The position numbers were made by a program, and so were the translations under genes. This document shows, in pieces, positions 49,140-52,173 of a DNA stretch of 52,173 bases (position 1 is its first letter; the number at the start of each line of letters is the position of its first letter). Under the pieces are notes generated by a model, which saw nothing but the letters and a program-made list of their open reading frames with translations, did not search any database and was not told the DNA's origin. This stretch comes from Coleofasciculus sp. B1-GNL1-01 (lineage in GTDB: Bacteria; Cyanobacteriota; Cyanobacteriia; Cyanobacteriales; Coleofasciculaceae). The DNA lies in assembly GCA_040220235.1 (NCBI GenBank), contig JAVJTO010000020.1; one strand, given 5' to 3'.

Positions 49140-51794
49140 GTGAACGTTTCGACCCCGAAGATAGACCTTGACCCCAAAAATCTGTTTCCGTTTCCTCTGG
49201 ATCAATTTCAGCTCCAAGCGATCGCGGCGCTGAATGCGAATCGCTCGGTTGTTGTCTGCGCCCCCACAGGTTCTGGGAAAACGTTGATTGGGGAGTATGC
49301 TATTTACCGCGCTTTGTCAAGAGGAGGGCGAGTTTTTTATACCACTCCCTTAAAAGCCCTCTCCAACCAGAAGCTGCGAGATTTTCGTGCTACGTTTGGT
49401 GCGGAAAATGTGGGTCTGGTTACGGGCGATGTTTCCATTAATCGGGACGCGCCAATCTTGGTGATGACCACGGAAATCTTCCGCAATATGCTGTACGGCA
49501 CACGCATTGGGGAAATTGGTACGTCCCTAGAAGGGGTGGAAGCGGTGGTCTTGGATGAGTGCCATTATATGAATGACCGACAACGGGGTACGGTTTGGGA
49601 AGAGTCGATTATTTATTGTCCTCCAGAAATTCAGCTTGTTGCCCTATCCGCTACGGTGGCGAATTCCGATCAACTAACGGACTGGTTGAACTTAGTTCAT
49701 GGCGCAACCGAGCGCATTTATTCCGACTTTCGACCGGTTCCCTTACAATTCAGCTTTGCCAACCCGAAGGGCATTTTTCCCCTGCTAGACTCTAGCCAAA
49801 CGAAGTTAAATCTTCGTCTCAAACCAAAACGCAAAAAAGGGAGAGGACGGGGGGGACGCCCAGAAAGCCCCAGTAATGCCTTTGTGCTGGCGCAACTCCA
49901 GCAACGGGATATGTTACCTGCGATTTATTTTATTTTCTCTCGTCGCGGTTGCGATCGCTCGGTGGAGGAGTTGGGAGAGTTGTCTCTGGTGAATGCCAAA
50001 GAAGCGGCTGAATTGAAACAGCGCATTGACGAATTTTTACGTCGGAATCCAGAAGCGGGTCGGGCGGGACAAGTAGCCCCCTTGTATCGCGGCATTGCTG
50101 CCCATCATGCGGGGATTTTACCGGCTTGGAAGGGGTTTGTAGAAGAACTGTTTCAATTAGGGTTGGTTAAGGTGGTGTTTGCCACTGAAACTCTAGCAGC
50201 GGGAATTAATATGCCCGCTCGCACGACAGTGATTTCTACCCTCTCCAAACGAACCGATCGCGGACACCGACTGCTGACAGCATCAGAATTTCTGCAAATG
50301 GCAGGTCGAGCCGGACGCCGGGGGATGGATGCCACGGGTTATGTGGTCACATTACAGACGCCGTTTGAAGGAGCAAAGGAAGCGGCGTATCTCGCCACCA
50401 GTCAGGCTGATCCCTTAGTCAGCCAGTTTACGCCCAACTACGGGATGGTGCTGAACTTACTCCAAACCCACACCCTTCCAGAAGCCAAGGAGTTGGTGGA
50501 ACGCAGTTTTGCACAATACCTGGCGACACTGTACCTCCAACCCCAGCAACAAGCGATTACGGAGTTAACCACAGAACTGGCAAAATTAGATATTCAACTA
50601 GCACCCGTTGACTTAAACGCCCTGGGGCGATACGAAAAACTCAAGGAACGGCTCAAAGAAGAACGGCGATTACTCAAAACCCTACAACGGCAAGCTCAAG
50701 CCGCACAAGTGGCGGAAATTGCCCAAATTATCCCTGAAGCGCCCTTGGGTACGCTACTTTCGCTCAAGGGCAAGTATATTCCAGTTCCGGAACCGATTCC
50801 GGCGATATTAGTCGCGAAGGAAAAAGGGCGGGGACAATCCCCTTATTTAGTCTGCTTAAGTGCCGATAATCGCTGGTATATAGCCACAACCGCCGATTTG
50901 GTTGGGGTGCATGGGTGGTTAGAAATGATTGATTTAAGTGTGCTGAACCCACCCGCTGAACTCACACTCAAGCCCGGTCAAACGAGACGGGGGACACCAG
51001 ACACCGAAGCGATCGCGGCTCAAATTCCCACTGATATAGAACCCATGGTCGCACCTGAAGTTGAGGCGCAGCAGCATCGAATGGATGCGGTAAAAGCCCA
51101 ACTCGAAGATCATCTGGTGCGACAATGGGGGAATCCGTCTCAACTGATTAAGCGTCATAAACGCCGTTTAGCTCTACAAGAGGAAATCAATGAGCGTCAA
51201 ACCCTTTACCGAGAAAATCAAGCTCAGCACTGGCAAGAATTTCTCAACCTGATCGAAATTTTAAGGACATTTGGTTGTCTGGAAGATGTTAAGCCGACAT
51301 CATTAGGGCAAGCAGCCGCAGCGATTCGCGGAGATAACGAACTGTGGTTGGGGTTAGCGTTGATGTCTAGTGCGTTTGATCAGTTAGATCCGCACCACTT
51401 AGCCGCCTGCGCCTGCGCTTTGGTGACGGAAACGCCACGTCCGGATAGCTGGACGAATTATCCCCCTTCAGAACCCGTACTGGAAGCATTAGATAGTTTA
51501 AAACAAACTCGCCGTCAGTTGTTTCAAGTCCAACGTCGTTATCAGGTGGCTCTGCCGATTTGGTTAGAACGGGATTTAATTGGGTTAGTTGAGCAATGGG
51601 CATTGGGTGTGGAATGGACACAGCTTTGTGAGGATACCAGTTTAGATGAAGGGGATATTGTCAGATTGTTGCGCCGCACGGTCGATTTTCTATCTCAAAT
51701 TCCTCATGTACCGTTCCTATCGGATGTCTTAAAACGGAATGCTATTCGAGCCATTCAGTTATTGGATCGCTTCCCGGTTAATGAATTGGGTTAG
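49140..51794 (+). CDS. Ski2/HelY-like superfamily II RNA helicase
   Basis: PTGSGKT, DECH, SAT, QMAGRAGRRG, and C-terminal DEGDIVR (DSHCT-like). Confidence 0.92.
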   Translation: MNVSTPKIDLDPKNLFPFPLDQFQLQAIAALNANRSVVVCAPTGSGKTLIGEYAIYRALSRGGRVFYTTPLKALSNQKLRDFRATFGAENVGLVTGDVSINRDAPILVMTTEIFRNMLYGTRIGEIGTSLEGVEAVVLDECHYMNDRQRGTVWEESIIYCPPEIQLVALSATVANSDQLTDWLNLVHGATERIYSDFRPVPLQFSFANPKGIFPLLDSSQTKLNLRLKPKRKKGRGRGGRPESPSNAFVLAQLQQRDMLPAIYFIFSRRGCDRSVEELGELSLVNAKEAAELKQRIDEFLRRNPEAGRAGQVAPLYRGIAAHHAGILPAWKGFVEELFQLGLVKVVFATETLAAGINMPARTTVISTLSKRTDRGHRLLTASEFLQMAGRAGRRGMDATGYVVTLQTPFEGAKEAAYLATSQADPLVSQFTPNYGMVLNLLQTHTLPEAKELVERSFAQYLATLYLQPQQQAITELTTELAKLDIQLAPVDLNALGRYEKLKERLKEERRLLKTLQRQAQAAQVAEIAQIIPEAPLGTLLSLKGKYIPVPEPIPAILVAKEKGRGQSPYLVCLSADNRWYIATTADLVGVHGWLEMIDLSVLNPPAELTLKPGQTRRGTPDTEAIAAQIPTDIEPMVAPEVEAQQHRMDAVKAQLEDHLVRQWGNPSQLIKRHKRRLALQEEINERQTLYRENQAQHWQEFLNLIEILRTFGCLEDVKPTSLGQAAAAIRGDNELWLGLALMSSAFDQLDPHHLAACACALVTETPRPDSWTNYPPSEPVLEALDSLKQTRRQLFQVQRRYQVALPIWLERDLIGLVEQWALGVEWTQLCEDTSLDEGDIVRLLRRTVDFLSQIPHVPFLSDVLKRNAIRAIQLLDRFPVNELG

Positions 51795-51867
51795 TTAGGG
51801 GCTGCTAGAGGGAGTCTTGGGGTGGGGGAAAATGGGGGAAATGGGGGAAATGGGGAAAAAGAAAGTT

Positions 51868-52173
51868 CTACATTAGACGGTAACTTGGTATTGTAAAGTT
51901 TCAATAACAAGATAGTCAGATATAGTCAGATTTGGTAATGTATAGACATGAAATTATCAGACTATGCCAAAAAAGCAGGAATCAGTTATCGAACTGCCTG
52001 GAGGTGGTGGAAACAAGGAAATTTGACAGGTTATCAATTGCCGTCTGGTACGATTATCATAACTTCGGAGGCGATTGAGGACAACTTGAAACCTGACTTG
52101 ATAGCTTGTATTTATGCAAGAGTTTCCAGCGCCCAAAACAAAGATAATCTAGATCGACAAGCAGAGCGGTTAA
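51868..52173 (+). mobile_element. IS607-family element left end (boundary approximate)
   Basis: Tandem ATAGTCAGAT repeats immediately upstream of a serine-recombinase tnpA. Confidence 0.7.
51948..52173 (+). CDS. tnpA: IS607 TnpA serine recombinase, truncated by the window edge
   Basis: MKLSDYAKKAGISYRTAWRWW (HTH) ... IYARVSSAQNKDNLDRQAERL. Confidence 0.88.
   Translation, partial: MKLSDYAKKAGISYRTAWRWWKQGNLTGYQLPSGTIIITSEAIEDNLKPDLIACIYARVSSAQNKDNLDRQAERL

Noticed and set aside
1..52173. CRISPR array, tRNA or rRNA genes
   Set aside because: No regularly spaced 25-40 bp repeats with unique spacers and no tRNA or rRNA signatures were seen by eye. The repeats present are short tandem, REP or MITE types.

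Overview
Chromosomal window from a filamentous cyanobacterium (many HIP1 GCGATCGC sites, cyanobacterial short tandem repeats, MITEs and REP-like palindromes). The repeat style suggests an Oscillatoriales-type strain, but the taxon is not proven. Left arm: pfkA, a PepSY-like/atypical pstS/porin/HAD cluster, thrC, rimO-crhR, btpA, VKOR, a PBP4-type carboxypeptidase and two pentapeptide-repeat paralogs. Centre (22.7-43.4 kb): a minus-strand signalling island with 8 Roadblock/LC7 (MglB-like) genes, 6 stand-alone V4R genes (one with a nonsense codon), 2 MglA/CvnD-like GTPases and 2 stand-alone protoglobins, partly built by tandem duplication of a V4R-roadblock unit. Several island transcription units have TCCGGA-N17-G(T/A)A (DIF1-like) promoters, and a near-perfect hetP-type HetR box lies upstream of the main run. 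Right arm: an STAS/REC-PP2C/RsbW partner-switch trio, an unannotated 47-aa ORF ending in the PatS pentapeptide RGSGR, a HelY-like helicase, a mini IS200/IS605 element and the start of an IS607 tnpA. The headline hypothesis (inference) is a HetR/PatS-controlled, gas/ligand-sensing small-GTPase module.
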